From a virus, in the IMG/VR virus record IMGVR_UViG_3300045988_096839: DNA of 64,000 nucleotides. One strand, given 5' to 3'. Positions 49,222 through 60,894 of the stretch are shown here, one piece after another. A model generated the notes under the pieces. The model saw nothing but the letters and a program-made list of their open reading frames with translations, searched no databases and was not told where the DNA came from. Both the position numbers and the translations under genes were made by a program. The first letter of the stretch is position 1. Every line of letters starts with the position of its first letter.

Positions 49222-50208
49222 TTATTCTTCTGCAGTACCTGAAATAAAGCTCTTCAAGTTCTTATAGAATCGTGAACTTGACAAAGAACCTGATTTAACG
49301 TATACTTCAGTAGTAAGAGGAGTAGACTTAACATACTGATTATCACAGCTCAAGTAAGAATTATCATTTTCAATAGTAAGATAATCATATGTAGTACCTT
49401 CCTGTACATTACGTTTCTGTTCAATTACTGGATAAGCATCAGTAAATACATGACCTTTATAACCCATGCAACGCATTTCACGGTCACGCACTTGCTTCCA
49501 ATAACCTTTACCAGGATTACCATCAGTCTTAGTCATCGTCATACCAGGAACAGTTGCAGGAACGTTAGATAACAATGCACCAGGAATAGTTACATAGATA
49601 GAAGCTTCCATACATACTACTGTATATTCATTAATAGAATATACTCCTTTGTTATCATCTTTTTCTAAAGCTGTCAAAGTCAATTTGTTACCTGAACTAG
49701 TAACAGATACACGACGATTCTTATGAGCATTGATCTGTTTAGCAAAAGCATCACACAAATCCTGAGGAGTTTCTGTCTGAGCAATTACTTCATAAGTATG
49801 AGTAAACTGACCCGGAGCTTCATACAAATCTTTATAAACAATACGTAATACATATCTATGACCAATAACAATTTCTGCACTAGCCATATTGAACTCAATC
49901 TTTTCCTAAACAGGAGCAGAATAAGCCTGCATTACGCTATTCAAATTTTTACCTTTCTGGATTTCATTAGAAAATTCAATTTCTTTCTTATCTTCCAATG
50001 CACCAGTTTGAGGGTTAACTACTTTCATAGTACCTTTGCAAACACCTACATAAACAGAGTTTGCTGCTACTGATTTTTCACCATCAGTAAGGATATTTTT
50101 ATTTTCATCAAACAATGCTACTTCACCTACATTCAAAGCATCTGCTGTAGAATAACTAGCTGGGCAAGCAGCATTTGCGATCATTACACTATCAACTCTT
50201 GTAATCAT
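49222..50208 (-). CDS. probable abundant structural protein (auxiliary capsid or other major virion component), 328 aa, 1 in-frame TAG
   Basis: ORFs 49906..50208 and 49222..49887 are joined by TAG 49906. It has its own 108-nt leader and its own strong terminator, and its GC-richer codon usage resembles that of the MCP gene. No family recognised. Confidence 0.6.
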
Positions 50209-50316
50209 TTTTTAATTTATTAATTTGTTAGACTTCGCGCCAGTCTTCGCTCTATTCTTCTACTTTCCTATTTACTAAGTAAATTAATTTCCACGTCGAA
50301 TAAGCGCATTAATTTA

Positions 50317-51045
50317 TTATTCCATTACTTGTGTTTCCTAAGCAAGTAAATTATAATTCTGTGTTGGTTTATTTGTCGCATATAATCTGACTGCTAATTT
50401 AACAATCTCCATATGCGTATGTGATGGCAATTCTGTATATTCCTAAGATAAATCATCATTAGTAAATATACCTTTTGGTTTACTTAAATATACTAAATTA
50501 TATTCTGCAACTTTATAATTACCATCTGTATATAAAACAATGTTGTTACCTTGAATCAATTTTAAAGGTCTTGCATAACAATGTTTTAATTTGTGTTCAG
50601 ATAAAGAATTAGATAATTGTCTATCTATGGTTTCAATAGTTGATTCTAAAGTATCTACATTTTTCACTATATAATTGTTGTCAGAATCTTTCTTCCAGCA
50701 ATCATTAATGATACCATCTGCAGGACTTATTCCAGCTGTATCTCCAAGTAAGATAGTATAATCTTCTGGAAGTTCTACAGTATATTTAGGATTATTATTA
50801 ATTATTTCTGTAGTATACTTTTTATTTCTAATCAAAGTACGTAAATCATCTATTCTTTTCTGTGATTGTTCAAATCCTTCTTGTTTAGTATTTAAACCAG
50901 AATATCTTGTTTTCCAAAAAAGATCAATAGCTTCATTTAATATAGAAAACAACTAATCAGATGTTAACTTATTTTCAGCTACTAATTTAGCGTCATTCAA
51001 TTGGAGTCTACGTTCCAATTCAATCTACATTTCACGTTTCGTCAT
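50317..51045 (-). CDS. head-neck module protein, 242 aa, 4 in-frame TAG
   Basis: Track ORF 50443..50952 extended through TAGs 50443 and 50338 to TAA 50317-50319. Upstream it extends through TAGs 50953 and 51025 to ATG 51043-51045, 1 nt after the upstream TGA. Confidence 0.6.
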
Positions 51046-51046
51046 A

Positions 51047-51754
51047 TCATTCCTCCATTTGAATTAGTTGACTCTTTGTTGAAAATCTTTGTGATTCTAT
51101 ATTTTCTAAAGCTAATTGTACTGCTCTATTAACAACTTCGTACCATGTTTGATCCGGTAATTCACTCAAACCTAAATCAGATGGTAAATTGTTAATTAAA
51201 CACGGATGTTTGATGTATGTCAAATCTAATCGATATTCATCCGCATTCATTGATATCGGATCATAATATATTTTTAAAGTATTATTTTCAATAACACCAA
51301 CTGGATTATCTATCCAAGGTATATTATTATTAGTCTTTATAAAATTCTTTATCTGTGTATGATCCAATAATTTTACAGTAGCACAATTATCTTTTCCATC
51401 TTTAATCCAGTGAAATACAGAAGATACATAAAACATTCTTCCTCTATTATTAGTCTATCTGTTTAGAAGATTTACTAACGATGCGCAATTTGTATTTTCA
51501 CTAGCATTTAGTTTTAAAGACTCATCTGTTCTAATAAGTCTATCAAAATCAGAGATACGTTTTACATCACCTTCAAATTTTACTTCGTTTTCAGTACCAC
51601 CTGTAAACTTTGTCATAAGTAATGCATAGTATCCTTTATTTATCCAATAATCTATTTCAGCGTCAATAAATGCAGGTACACCACCGTATGCTACACTATT
51701 AGAGTTTTTGTCTAATTCTACTTTAAAGGCTATATGTAATTCGTCTCTATTCAT
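51047..51754 (-). CDS. head-neck module protein, 235 aa, 1 in-frame TAG
   Basis: ORFs 51455..51754 and 51047..51436 are in the same frame and joined by TAG 51455. Starts at ATG 51752-51754, TGA stop. Confidence 0.6.
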
Positions 51755-51756
51755 TA

Positions 51757-52509
51757 TTACTTAGATTTAATTTCTTTAAGTATTGCTAAATAAATATCTT
51801 GGTTCTTCTTATCTTTAAGATAAGCAATAACGTCATCAACACCATTACCGATAACATCTGTACCAAAATAATAAGTAGCTCTATTCTTTCTAATAATATT
51901 TTTACTCAAAGCTTCTTCAATTACAAAACTATATTCTTTATCAGGATTTTCAATCCAAATACTGATAAATTTGGCAGGATTCTTTTCTACGTTTTCTGTA
52001 AGTTTAGCTTCTACTACTTCATTAGACAAAGTATCAGATTTAACACCGAACAGACGTAAACACTTACGCATATCATCCAATGTCATCTTATCCAAAGCAC
52101 GATAAGCTTCACGTTTAGTTTTATTATATTTATTCTGTTCTGTAGCTTCAAGATCTTTATCTACGATTACATAATCTGTTTTAGGACTAATCTTACTTAC
52201 TCCATCTGCAACGTGTTTATGATTCTTTAGAAACAAATATTGTAATTCACCTTCAGGAGTATCGGTGTTTATAATAAGTTCTTTTCTACCAATTTTAACA
52301 GCAAAAGTATCCCAGAAAGAACTATCTGGATCTAAATGACCCAACGGTAATCTCATTTTTTCTTCTAATTCTCTTGCTTTCTACGTAGTTAAACCTGTAT
52401 ATCTACTACCTGATCTAGTCCAATATGAACTAATAAAATCGAAACATTTATCCCATTTAATCAATCCTGTCCAAGGATTTGTTTTTGTCATTCTAACGAT
52501 TACTTCCAT
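51757..52509 (-). CDS. head-neck module protein, 250 aa, 1 in-frame TAG
   Basis: Track ORF 51757..52356 extended through TAG 52381 to ATG 52507-52509; walked. TAA stop. Confidence 0.6.
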
Positions 52510-52534
52510 AATTATATTTAATTAGATTATCTAG

Positions 52535-53617
52535 TTAGTTATTAATAATTTCTTTTACCCCGTAACCAGTAGGCATTTCTCCGCCTAAGTATTTTTTAAT
52601 GGTTCTGAAGTCAGATCTTAAATATTTTTCTAAAGCCCTAATACCTTCTATTCTGATAGGAGTATCAGAAAGTGTAGTATTGTGAACTTCAAATATTCTG
52701 ATTCTTTTTGTTGCAATAATATCTCTTAATTCTTCATAGTCTATTACTTTTCTATCTTCTTCTTTACCGTACTTCCAATTAAATCTTCTACGGATTGCCG
52801 GAACTTTATTTATATACTCTGGGTCATTAATATATTTTCGTATAGTACAACCAGAAATACCTGATGCCTTGGATGCGTCTGAAATACTACCATATTTTGC
52901 AATTAAATTACCTTTTAAATCATATTGTTCTACGGGAGTAGATAAACCATTCATGTCACCATTTTCGACTATTCTTAAAGCTCGTTTGCGTTTGAATTCT
53001 TCAGATTGTTTGGGAACATAATTTAAATTCATGTAATAGTCTTTTATATTTATTTGCAATTTGATATCTTCTCTGTTATCTGGAGATAATATCCAAACAT
53101 AAGGATTCTTTTTAGATGGTTTCATCGCTTGTTTACGAAGTATTCTGTAAATAGACGTTTTAGATATGCCAGTATCTTCGGATGCTGCTTCTATACTAGG
53201 ATATTCTTTAACAAATATACCATTTATGTCATATTGAAGTATAGGCTTTCTGTTTTCTGAAATTTTTCCTCTATGAAGAATACCTATTTTTTCTTTAGTT
53301 TCATCTGATTGAAATCTAACTCCTCCGCCTAGCTTGTTGTTATATCCTATTTCAGGATTGGTTGCACCAAGTAAAACTATCCAATAATTCTCACGCTCGT
53401 TCATATGAGCTAAATCTTTGCATAGTTCAATAGTTTCTATTTTAAAATTATTTTCGCCATACTCTCGTATCGCATTGCAGATAGCCGTTGTGCCACCACC
53501 ATTTGCTTTAATTACGTGTCTTCTAAATCTGTATGACGCGCCTTCAGTAGTGGCACCAACGTATATCTTGTTATTAACCAAATTGGTCAATTTATAAATT
53601 TCGTAGATCTTTTCCAT
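52535..53617 (-). CDS. free-standing GIY-YIG homing endonuclease with repeated helix-turn-helix DNA-binding modules, 360 aa, no TAG
   Basis: IYEIYKLTNLVNNKIYVGAT...RFRRH...NERENYWIVLLG is the GIY-YIG core. Downstream are two similar HTH repeats (SIEAASEDTGISKTSIYRILRK and SISDASKASGISGCTIRKYIN). Intact under the standard code. Confidence 0.85.
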   Translation of the reverse strand: MEKIYEIYKLTNLVNNKIYVGATTEGASYRFRRHVIKANGGGTTAICNAIREYGENNFKIETIELCKDLAHMNERENYWIVLLGATNPEIGYNNKLGGGVRFQSDETKEKIGILHRGKISENRKPILQYDINGIFVKEYPSIEAASEDTGISKTSIYRILRKQAMKPSKKNPYVWILSPDNREDIKLQINIKDYYMNLNYVPKQSEEFKRKRALRIVENGDMNGLSTPVEQYDLKGNLIAKYGSISDASKASGISGCTIRKYINDPEYINKVPAIRRRFNWKYGKEEDRKVIDYEELRDIIATKRIRIFEVHNTTLSDTPIRIEGIRALEKYLRSDFRTIKKYLGGEMPTGYGVKEIINN

Positions 53618-53688
53618 AATTAATATTTTAGTTATACTTTATATAACGTCAAAATATTAATTATGTTGATATTTTACCTAGAAAAAAT

Positions 53689-55155
53689 TTACTCGCTTAG
53701 CATGATAAGTTCTCCGCAAGCTCTAGGATCTCTAAGCATTATACCCATTTCACCTAAGAAATGAACAGAATAGCCATCCTTAGCGTTACTACGAACTTCA
53801 GTATTAGAATGAGCGTAACCTGCAGGAGTTACAGAACCAGCCGTACACCAGTTAACGAATTCACGGTCTTTACGAACAACCTTAACAATGTTAGCTTCAC
53901 CATCACGACGACCAAGGTCAAGGAATGTCATACGATATGATTCCAATGGTTTCAAAGTAATCGGATGCAACTGACGGTTGTAAGTAGTATTGTCATACAA
54001 CGGGAAATACTTCAAAGTAAGTTCAATACCGTTAGACATCTTATAAGTCTTGAACTGACCACCAAATGTCAAATTGTCACCAGAACCAGTTACGAATACA
54101 GTATCGATAAGATTCATGTTAGCCATCTTTTCTTTCAATACTCTATCGAACTCACGCATACCCATTTCACCAGTCAATGCAACAAACTTACGTTCGTTAG
54201 TACCAAGTACATTGTATGACAAGTCTGACAAGAAGTCTTCGAGCAATTCAGCAGTCAAACGAGTATAGAAACGTCTGTTAGACGGAGCAATCTGTTCAAG
54301 TAAACCAGCACCGATGAATACCGGACGACCGTTAGCACCTTTCAGATTACAAGAACCATCACGGTTAACATTACTTACATTGTAAACTAAAGCACGTTCA
54401 ATACGCTTATACCATTCACGCATAGCAACCCATTCCTGGAAAGTAGACCACAAATAAGAAGTCTTACCTGATTTAGGATCTTTCAAAGCAACTGCCATTA
54501 CAGTAGAATAAGCTGAACCAGTAATATCATAAGAAAGACGTACTGTCGTAAGATAGTTACGCATCTTGAAATGAGTATTATAGTTCAGGATATCAGCCTG
54601 TTCACTATATTCTTCATATGCAGAAGCAAGACGAGATACCTGACAACCTGGTTTTAAAACAGACGGATCGATATAAGATGCAGGATTACCATTAGAAACA
54701 AATACGGTATAAACATACAAGCTACCATCCTGATACGGAGCATCTGATACACGTACCTGGCTCTTGTCATCAAGTTCCAAAGTAGCACCTGGACCAAACC
54801 AGTTATCTTCCAACCACAACTGAATCGGAGTGTTGTTCAAACCAGCAGTAGTAGTATCTGAAATAGTTGCGCCATTCCATTTTGCATCACGGATTGTAAC
54901 TGCACGATCTTGATCAATCATTACACCCCATTCGAAAGAAGGCTGATCGATAACCATTACGTTACCAAGACCACCAGTAAGCATATCCAAAGATGTTGTG
55001 TAACCATTATCTTTTGTACCAAATACGTATGATAAAATAGTTGATACTTCATACGGTCTCTACTGTGAAGCGATTGAAATCTTATTAGTATCAATCAAAT
55101 CACTAAACCATTTTCCTTTATATAAAACTAATGAATTTAAGATATTGTTATCCAT
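53689..55155 (-). CDS. major capsid protein, 488 aa, 1 in-frame TAG
   Basis: Track ORF 53689..54990 extended through TAG 55060 to ATG 55153-55155. It lies downstream of the scaffold-like gene in the TerL-portal-scaffold-MCP order, and its size, GC-richer biased codon usage and overall sequence character resemble crAss-type HK97-fold MCPs. This is recognition by eye, not by search. Confidence 0.7.
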
Positions 55156-55200
55156 AATATTTTATTAATATTTCAATATTGAATTTTTAATTATTTTAAA

Positions 55201-56361
55201 TTAAGATATACGCAATCTTCTTGTAAAACTATCCCATATAGTATCACTATTTGAATCTCTTCCGGAGGTGTTTCTAGATTTTGAATTAACCGTAGTATTT
55301 TTTAAGCTATCTTTAAACTTATTAATTGCGGTATTATTTCCTTCTCTTTTGGCAGCATTTATTAACTTATCAGCATTCATTGTGAAATATGCAGATTCAA
55401 TTAAATTCTTTACACCACCTTTAGCATAATCCTTCTGATATTTTGTTTTACCATCAGAATCAGGTTTAAGGATATAATCCATCAAAACCTTTTTATCCTT
55501 TTCTGGGATTGCGATTCCGCGTATATTTTTTAAGTTCTTTATTTCCGTGACAACGTTATCACAGAAATCCTGTTGTCTTTGACGATACTGCTCATAAGCT
55601 CTTTTCTGTTCTGCCAATAGCTGTTCTTTCTTCTGTTCTTTAATCTCTTTTAAATCTTCTATGGCATCTTGGGCTTCATCTTCGAGAAGTCCGGCGTCGA
55701 TATACTTAGATATCTTCTTGTCGATCTGTTTTTCATTAAAACCTTTTTCTCTAAGTAGTGACTTAACTACAAGCTTCTGATTAGTTTCATCGTCTAAATC
55801 TATTTCATCTAAATCTAATTCTGCATCAATCTGTAAATATTTAGCTAAATCTCCACCCTGTTTAACATAATTATCAAGAGCTTCAATTTCTTCACTAGCG
55901 TACTGAGGTTTACTGTCTTCTTCAATTACTTTACTAAAATAATTAATCAGATCTTCTACATTCTTTGGCTTTTCTTCATCAGTTACATCTGCCCATTCTA
56001 ACTTTTCAGCAATAGCATCAAAGAAATTAGTCACCATCTCTGTTTCATTATCATCAAGATTGATTTGATTTTTAGGTTCATCACCATTTTCATCTGGTTC
56101 ATCTTTCTTCGGATCAACAACGTTATCATTGTCATCGTTATCCTTATCAGGATCTTGTTCTTCAGAAGTTGTTTTGATTTTCCCTTCTTTCTTCATCTTA
56201 GCGACAATAGGATCTTCTACTTTCTTGTTTTCGTCATCATCGTCGTCATCATTAACTTTATTTTCAAAGTTCTCTAACTCAAGTTCTTGTTCTGTTTTAG
56301 GGATAAAGCTGTCAATAATTGTTTCAAATCCACCTAAAACATTTGTTTCTTTCTTTTCCAT
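55201..56361 (-). CDS. scaffolding-like acidic coiled-coil protein, 386 aa, no TAG
   Basis: The track ORF starts at a TTG; I prefer ATG 56359-56361 (MEKKETN), which has the TAATTATG context seen at other starts here. Very acidic (DDDDDDENKK, DPDKDNDDNDN) with a long helical E/K/Q-rich region. Immediately upstream of the MCP. Confidence 0.55.
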   Translation of the reverse strand: MEKKETNVLGGFETIIDSFIPKTEQELELENFENKVNDDDDDDENKKVEDPIVAKMKKEGKIKTTSEEQDPDKDNDDNDNVVDPKKDEPDENGDEPKNQINLDDNETEMVTNFFDAIAEKLEWADVTDEEKPKNVEDLINYFSKVIEEDSKPQYASEEIEALDNYVKQGGDLAKYLQIDAELDLDEIDLDDETNQKLVVKSLLREKGFNEKQIDKKISKYIDAGLLEDEAQDAIEDLKEIKEQKKEQLLAEQKRAYEQYRQRQQDFCDNVVTEIKNLKNIRGIAIPEKDKKVLMDYILKPDSDGKTKYQKDYAKGGVKNLIESAYFTMNADKLINAAKREGNNTAINKFKDSLKNTTVNSKSRNTSGRDSNSDTIWDSFTRRLRIS

Positions 56362-56371
56362 AATTAATATA

Positions 56372-57805
56372 TTAATTAGATTCGTTATTATTTCCAAAAT
56401 ACATTGCAGCTCCTGGTATACTCAACAAAGGTATCTTATTGAACCATTTAGTGTATTCTCCAGGACTATTAAATTGTAAGTATGCTGCTCGAACAGCGTT
56501 CATTTCTGATGGTAAAGAGTTTATTGCTCTTTTAATAGTTTTAGTTGTTACTTTCTATCCTGGTCTACCCATTAATCCTATTGACTACATATAACTACGT
56601 AATGTATTCATATAAGATTTCTATTCAGTTCCTTGTCTGAAATAATCTGTTTTATCAGGATACAAAGGATTACTATCTGTAGATAAATCTCTACGTAATG
56701 CACTAAACATATTATTGTTATAATCGGCATTAGCGTTTTGAGACAGATTAAAATCTACATAATGACCTAACTCATGCTGTGCAGTAGGTCTATCAATTCT
56801 ATCCAAATGAGGAGATATATTATATTCAAAATCAGTATATCCTGCAGGTATCTTATTCATTCGAAATCTTTCCATAGCATCTTTTCTAGCTGCCATTTCA
56901 GCTTTAGCATCACCAAAGAACTATTTAGCTTTCGGTTCAGGTAAACCTGTATATTTATTTTCATAAGTATCTAGAACGCCTTTATATACCTTAGTATAAT
57001 CGTCTCCGTATTGTTCATTTATTGCTCTAGCACGATCCCAATAATCATAATCAGTGTATAAATCTTCTATAACTCTATTTCTCTGATTTATTGCATCAGT
57101 ATAAACATCTCTGCTTAATCCATTTGGTCTTACTTCTCTTCCTAATACTTTATTTATTTTATCACTAAAATATTTAGGATTAACAGAAGGTATTTCTCTA
57201 ACAATCTTTTTCAACGGTTTTGATATTGCACCAGGTAACAATGCTGCTGCACCAATTAAACCAGCTGTAATATAATCTCCTTGACTAGCACTCTGATATA
57301 CATCATTTGCTGTTATAGCATTTCCAACAGGAGTAAGATCAGCAGCATCTTGAATAGATACTACTGGTTTTAAGAATCCTGCTCCAGGATTATATCCGTA
57401 ATTCCATTTTCCGTTTGAATATGTTACTGGTATCTCTGATGTATTTGATTGAACACCGTCTGTACCGTTTGCATATCCACTTATATCACCTGTAGGACTG
57501 TATGTTTTCGTATAAGTTATCCCATTCTTTTCATATGGAAAATATCCTGCAGCTACATCATTCTATATAGCTTTGTCATAAGTAGGATGAGATTTCGGTT
57601 TTAGAATTTCACCTGTATATGGGTTTCTGCTACCTAAATGATAATATCCATCTTCATTCAATTCCGGTTTCAATCCTCCAGTATAAGCTCCAAAATTATT
57701 GTATTGCCAATCTGGAGTATGGGCTAAATTATCTGGAAGAGAATTCTTCCATTCCCAGTAACTCAGCTAGGGATTGGATTCCCTAGCTTGTTTGAACTGG
57801 TCCAT
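56372..57805 (-). CDS. head-module protein with HELGH zincin motif, 477 aa, 6 in-frame TAG
   Basis: ORFs 56621..56896 and 56921..57241 are in the same frame. I walked 56372-56620 and 57242-57841: TAG only. HELGH lies at 56762-56776 (TAQHELGHYVDF). Stop is TAA 56372-56374. The start is ambiguous: ATG 57805 is chosen, but in-frame ATGs at 57832 and 57841 are also possible. Confidence 0.6.
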
Positions 57806-57818
57806 TCTCTATCTAAAT

Positions 57819-57995
57819 TCACTTCTTTCCATAACCACCATTTAATAATCTATCTGCTAAAATATTTGCGACAATGTTCATAGTAAAATCATTAGCGTTT
57901 TCTTCTGGTGAATTTAAACGTCTTGATATTTGAGTAAGAATTATATATATTTGTTCTAATAATTCTCTATCACTTAATTGGCTTAGGTTTACCAT
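57819..57995 (-). CDS. small hypothetical protein, 58 aa
   Basis: ATG 57993-57995 to TGA 57819-57821. Overlaps the end of the upstream gene by 26 nt. Confidence 0.4.
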   Translation of the reverse strand: MVNLSQLSDRELLEQIYIILTQISRRLNSPEENANDFTMNIVANILADRLLNGGYGKK

Positions 57996-58320
57996 AACTT
58001 CCAATCTTTATATATTTTAGCCATGAATAATGCTTTCGTTCTTTGATATAGTTTAGATTGTCATCATTATCGTAAGCTTCACGTTCAAATGATATATTAC
58101 GATAAGCATTACCTTTCATAAATAATCTTATGACCCATTCTATTATATACCATATATAAAATAATATATAAAGCATTTCTTTCATCTATGCGGTATGAAT
58201 AGATTCATGATTAATTGTTTTATCATCTATTTTACTACCTTTTCTAGCAAACAATACACCAAATAGATTTATTGCTTTAAAACCTGGGAATGGTATTATA
58301 CTGTTAAATATTACTTTCAT
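57970..58320 (-). CDS. small hydrophobic protein with HESIH motif, 116 aa, 1 in-frame TAG
   Basis: ORFs 58186..58407 and 57970..58185 are joined by TAG 58186. I place the start at ATG 58318-58320 (MKVIFNS), which has AAGGAGGT 7 nt upstream. HESIH lies at 58195-58209. Confidence 0.55.
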
Positions 58321-58321
58321 A

Positions 58322-58381
58322 TTATTTACCTCCTTTACCTTTTCCGCCTTTTCCTTTTTTAGAACCACCTTTACATGCCAT
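58322..58381 (-). CDS. 19-codon Lys/Gly-rich micro-ORF (MACKGGSKKGKGGKGKGGK)
   Basis: ATG 58379-58381 is preceded by AAGGAGGT (58391-58398) at 9-nt spacing. The TAA at 58322-58324 is 1 nt before the next ATG. Confidence 0.35.
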   Translation of the reverse strand: MACKGGSKKGKGGKGKGGK

Positions 58382-58396
58382 ATTATTACACCTCCT

Positions 58397-60892
58397 TTAC
58401 TTCTCACCTGCGACCTTATTCTTGATTGCGGTACGAGCTTTTAATTTTTCACGTTCCATTGCAGCATCATTATTCATCTTTTGAAGTTGAGTTTCATGCT
58501 TCATACGGTCACGTTCCAACTACATCTTTTTATTTTCAATTTGTTTCTTATTCTCTGAATCTCTTAATTTAGCATTAAGCTCCATTTGTTTTGCAGATTC
58601 GTCTGCAATTTGTTTTCTTTCAGCCAATGCTTGTTGTGCAATTTCCATTACATCAGGAATACCATTATCATTCTGATCTAAGTCTTGTAAACCTTTATAT
58701 GCATTTAATTGTGCAACAGTAATCTTAGTTTGAGAATCTGTATCAATCTTATACTTTTCTAATTCGAGTTCTGCTTCTTTAAGCATAAGTTCTTCTTCTT
58801 TAACTCTATTCTGTTCAGCAATCAATTGTTGTTGAGCTTCCTGCTCAGCTTGTTGTTGCTGTTGCATTTGTTCCATACGTTTCTGTTCAATATCTTCAAG
58901 TCTATCTTTAATCATATTAATGTTATCCATTGTAATAATTTCTGCGATATCTAACAGGCTTGCTCCATTTTGCATAGCAGGTTGTAACAACTGTTTTAAC
59001 TGATCTAAGTCTTGTCTATTCTTTGTACTATCTTCTACAAACACATCCATATCTGAATAGAAGAAATCATCAGATAAAGTAATGAAAGCTCTAGTAGCAT
59101 CATCTAAGATATAGTTAAGACACGTTTTATTATCTTTCCATGCTACCTTAGCGGTATCCAATAACATTGTTAAAACTTCTTTTTTGACCTGATTATGTGT
59201 CCAAAACCACGGTTCGGTAATATGATACGACTGAGTAATAGCTTGTGTGGTATTACCTACCAATTCGCTTGCCGCAATGGATCCTTGTCTCTAAGGAGTA
59301 ATACCAGTTAATTTGGCTACCATATCTTCGATCTTAGCCATAAGATTAACATACTAGTCAATTATATTAGCCATACTTAAATCCCATGATTGGAACTGAT
59401 TAAAGGTTGCAGGTCTACCACCTTCTCTACCTGGAACATCCCATCCTTCTTCATAAGGATTGATAAATGCTACACCTAATGCTCCTAAGTAATGCATCCA
59501 TTTATTTACATCAATACCCATGGATTTCGGTATCTAAGTAACATCTACTACAGGTACTTTACCTTTATCTCTGGACATAGCTAATTCTAATCGATACCAA
59601 ACTACAATATACATATACTGTAACGGTTTCATCATACTAACCAAAGATCTAGGTTTACTATTAGTATTATTATAAAGTACACCAGTATATGGTAATTTTG
59701 ATGAATTAGGATTATCTGCAGATATGTGTTGATATTCCAAAGGTTGAATTCCGATATATAAATCATCACCAATTCTATAACCTTCCCATACTTCTATAAT
59801 CCATTTCCAATCTACAGATTCTTCTTCACCAGTTACTTTGTAATCTTCATCTACTTGATATTCTTCTATTTCTCCAGTTTCTTCATTTATCAAAGTAACA
59901 AATCCAATCTTCTTGAAAGATTTCCAACAACAATGATAAACTGTAATCTAATCAGTATCAAATGGATTATCTGTAAAACTATTTAATTTATGAAGTTTTA
60001 CGTGATTATAATCTAATTCTGATTTACCTACTTGAGGAGTCATACCTGAACCTGGTTTTTCATCGATTAATTCAAGTAACTCGTTTAATTGTTTTTCTGA
60101 CATCTTATCATAGAAGCGGTCATATATTTCTGTTGCAGACATAATCATCTTTCTACAACACCATGCTGCATCGTGAATATATTCCAAATCTACAGATTTT
60201 TCATAATCGAAATACATCGGATTAACTCTTTCTACATAAGGTTGCCCATTACGAATACCAACATAATATATTTCCTCGCCACCGATTAAAGCATCTTTCC
60301 ATCCTTTATAAAATTCATGAGGAAGATTTAATTTACGTTTCAAATACTATAATGTATGATAAGCTGTTCGTTCTGCGATATCTTTGTAATCTTTAGTTAA
60401 ATACTTCTGTATTGCTTCTGGTTGCATTACTTCACCAGTTTGTAAAGCTTCTTGATATCTTTGAGCATTCTCTGGACTTAATTTAGCCATTATACTAGAC
60501 TGTATATAATCCATTAACATTTGTTTAGCTTTCTCTTGTAATTCACTAGTAGCTTCATCACTAGTTCTACATACTTGAAAATTAAACGAACGTTTTGTTT
60601 CTTCACCTAATAATTGGTCTATATAAGGTTTAATTATATTATAATCTTGAGCTGTTGCTGGAAATCCATCTTGTTGTTTAAACGGATTAGTAACATATTT
60701 CAAATCTCTTTCATCATATATACTATTATAAAGATCGTAATATGTTTGCATTTCCGAAGCTCTCTCGCTATTAAAACCACTATGACCAGTATTACCAGAC
60801 CTAGCTATGTAATCAATACAAGCTTCTTTCCAATCCTAATTCTTCTTAGACATTGGTAATTTTTGTGGTGGAAATGATTTTAAATCTTTCAT
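58397..60892 (-). CDS. portal protein, 831 aa, 7 in-frame TAG
   Basis: ORFs 58520..59263, 59534..59893, 59948..60343 and 60347..60751 share one frame. I walked 58397-58519, 59264-59533, 59894-59947 and 60752-60892: TAG only. It begins 2 nt after the TerL stop. The N-terminal region YYDLYNSIYDERDLKYVTNPF...YNIIKPYIDQLLGEETKRSFNFQV is portal-like. Confidence 0.75.
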
Positions 60893-60894
60893 AA

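Noticed and set aside
50209-50316. 108-nt leader of the 328-aa structural gene with repeated cttcgc units and TTCCTA..AGTAAATTA-like repeats (50265-50286 and 50335-50353) as a promoter or regulatory repeat
   Set aside because: The second repeat copy lies inside the coding region of the upstream gene once TAG is read through. I cannot match either copy to a known promoter consensus, so the case is too weak to report as a finding.
52535-53617. Homing endonucleases residing in group I introns that split a structural gene
   Set aside because: The flanking genes (MCP, the 250-aa head gene, and the neighbours of the HNH) each have their own start and stop and read as complete. No split coding sequence is apparent.
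55172-55183. Perfect 12-bp palindrome ttcaatattgaa in the scaffold-MCP spacer as an operator
   Set aside because: It is entirely A/T-rich in a very AT-rich genome, so chance occurrence is plausible. No second copy was found.
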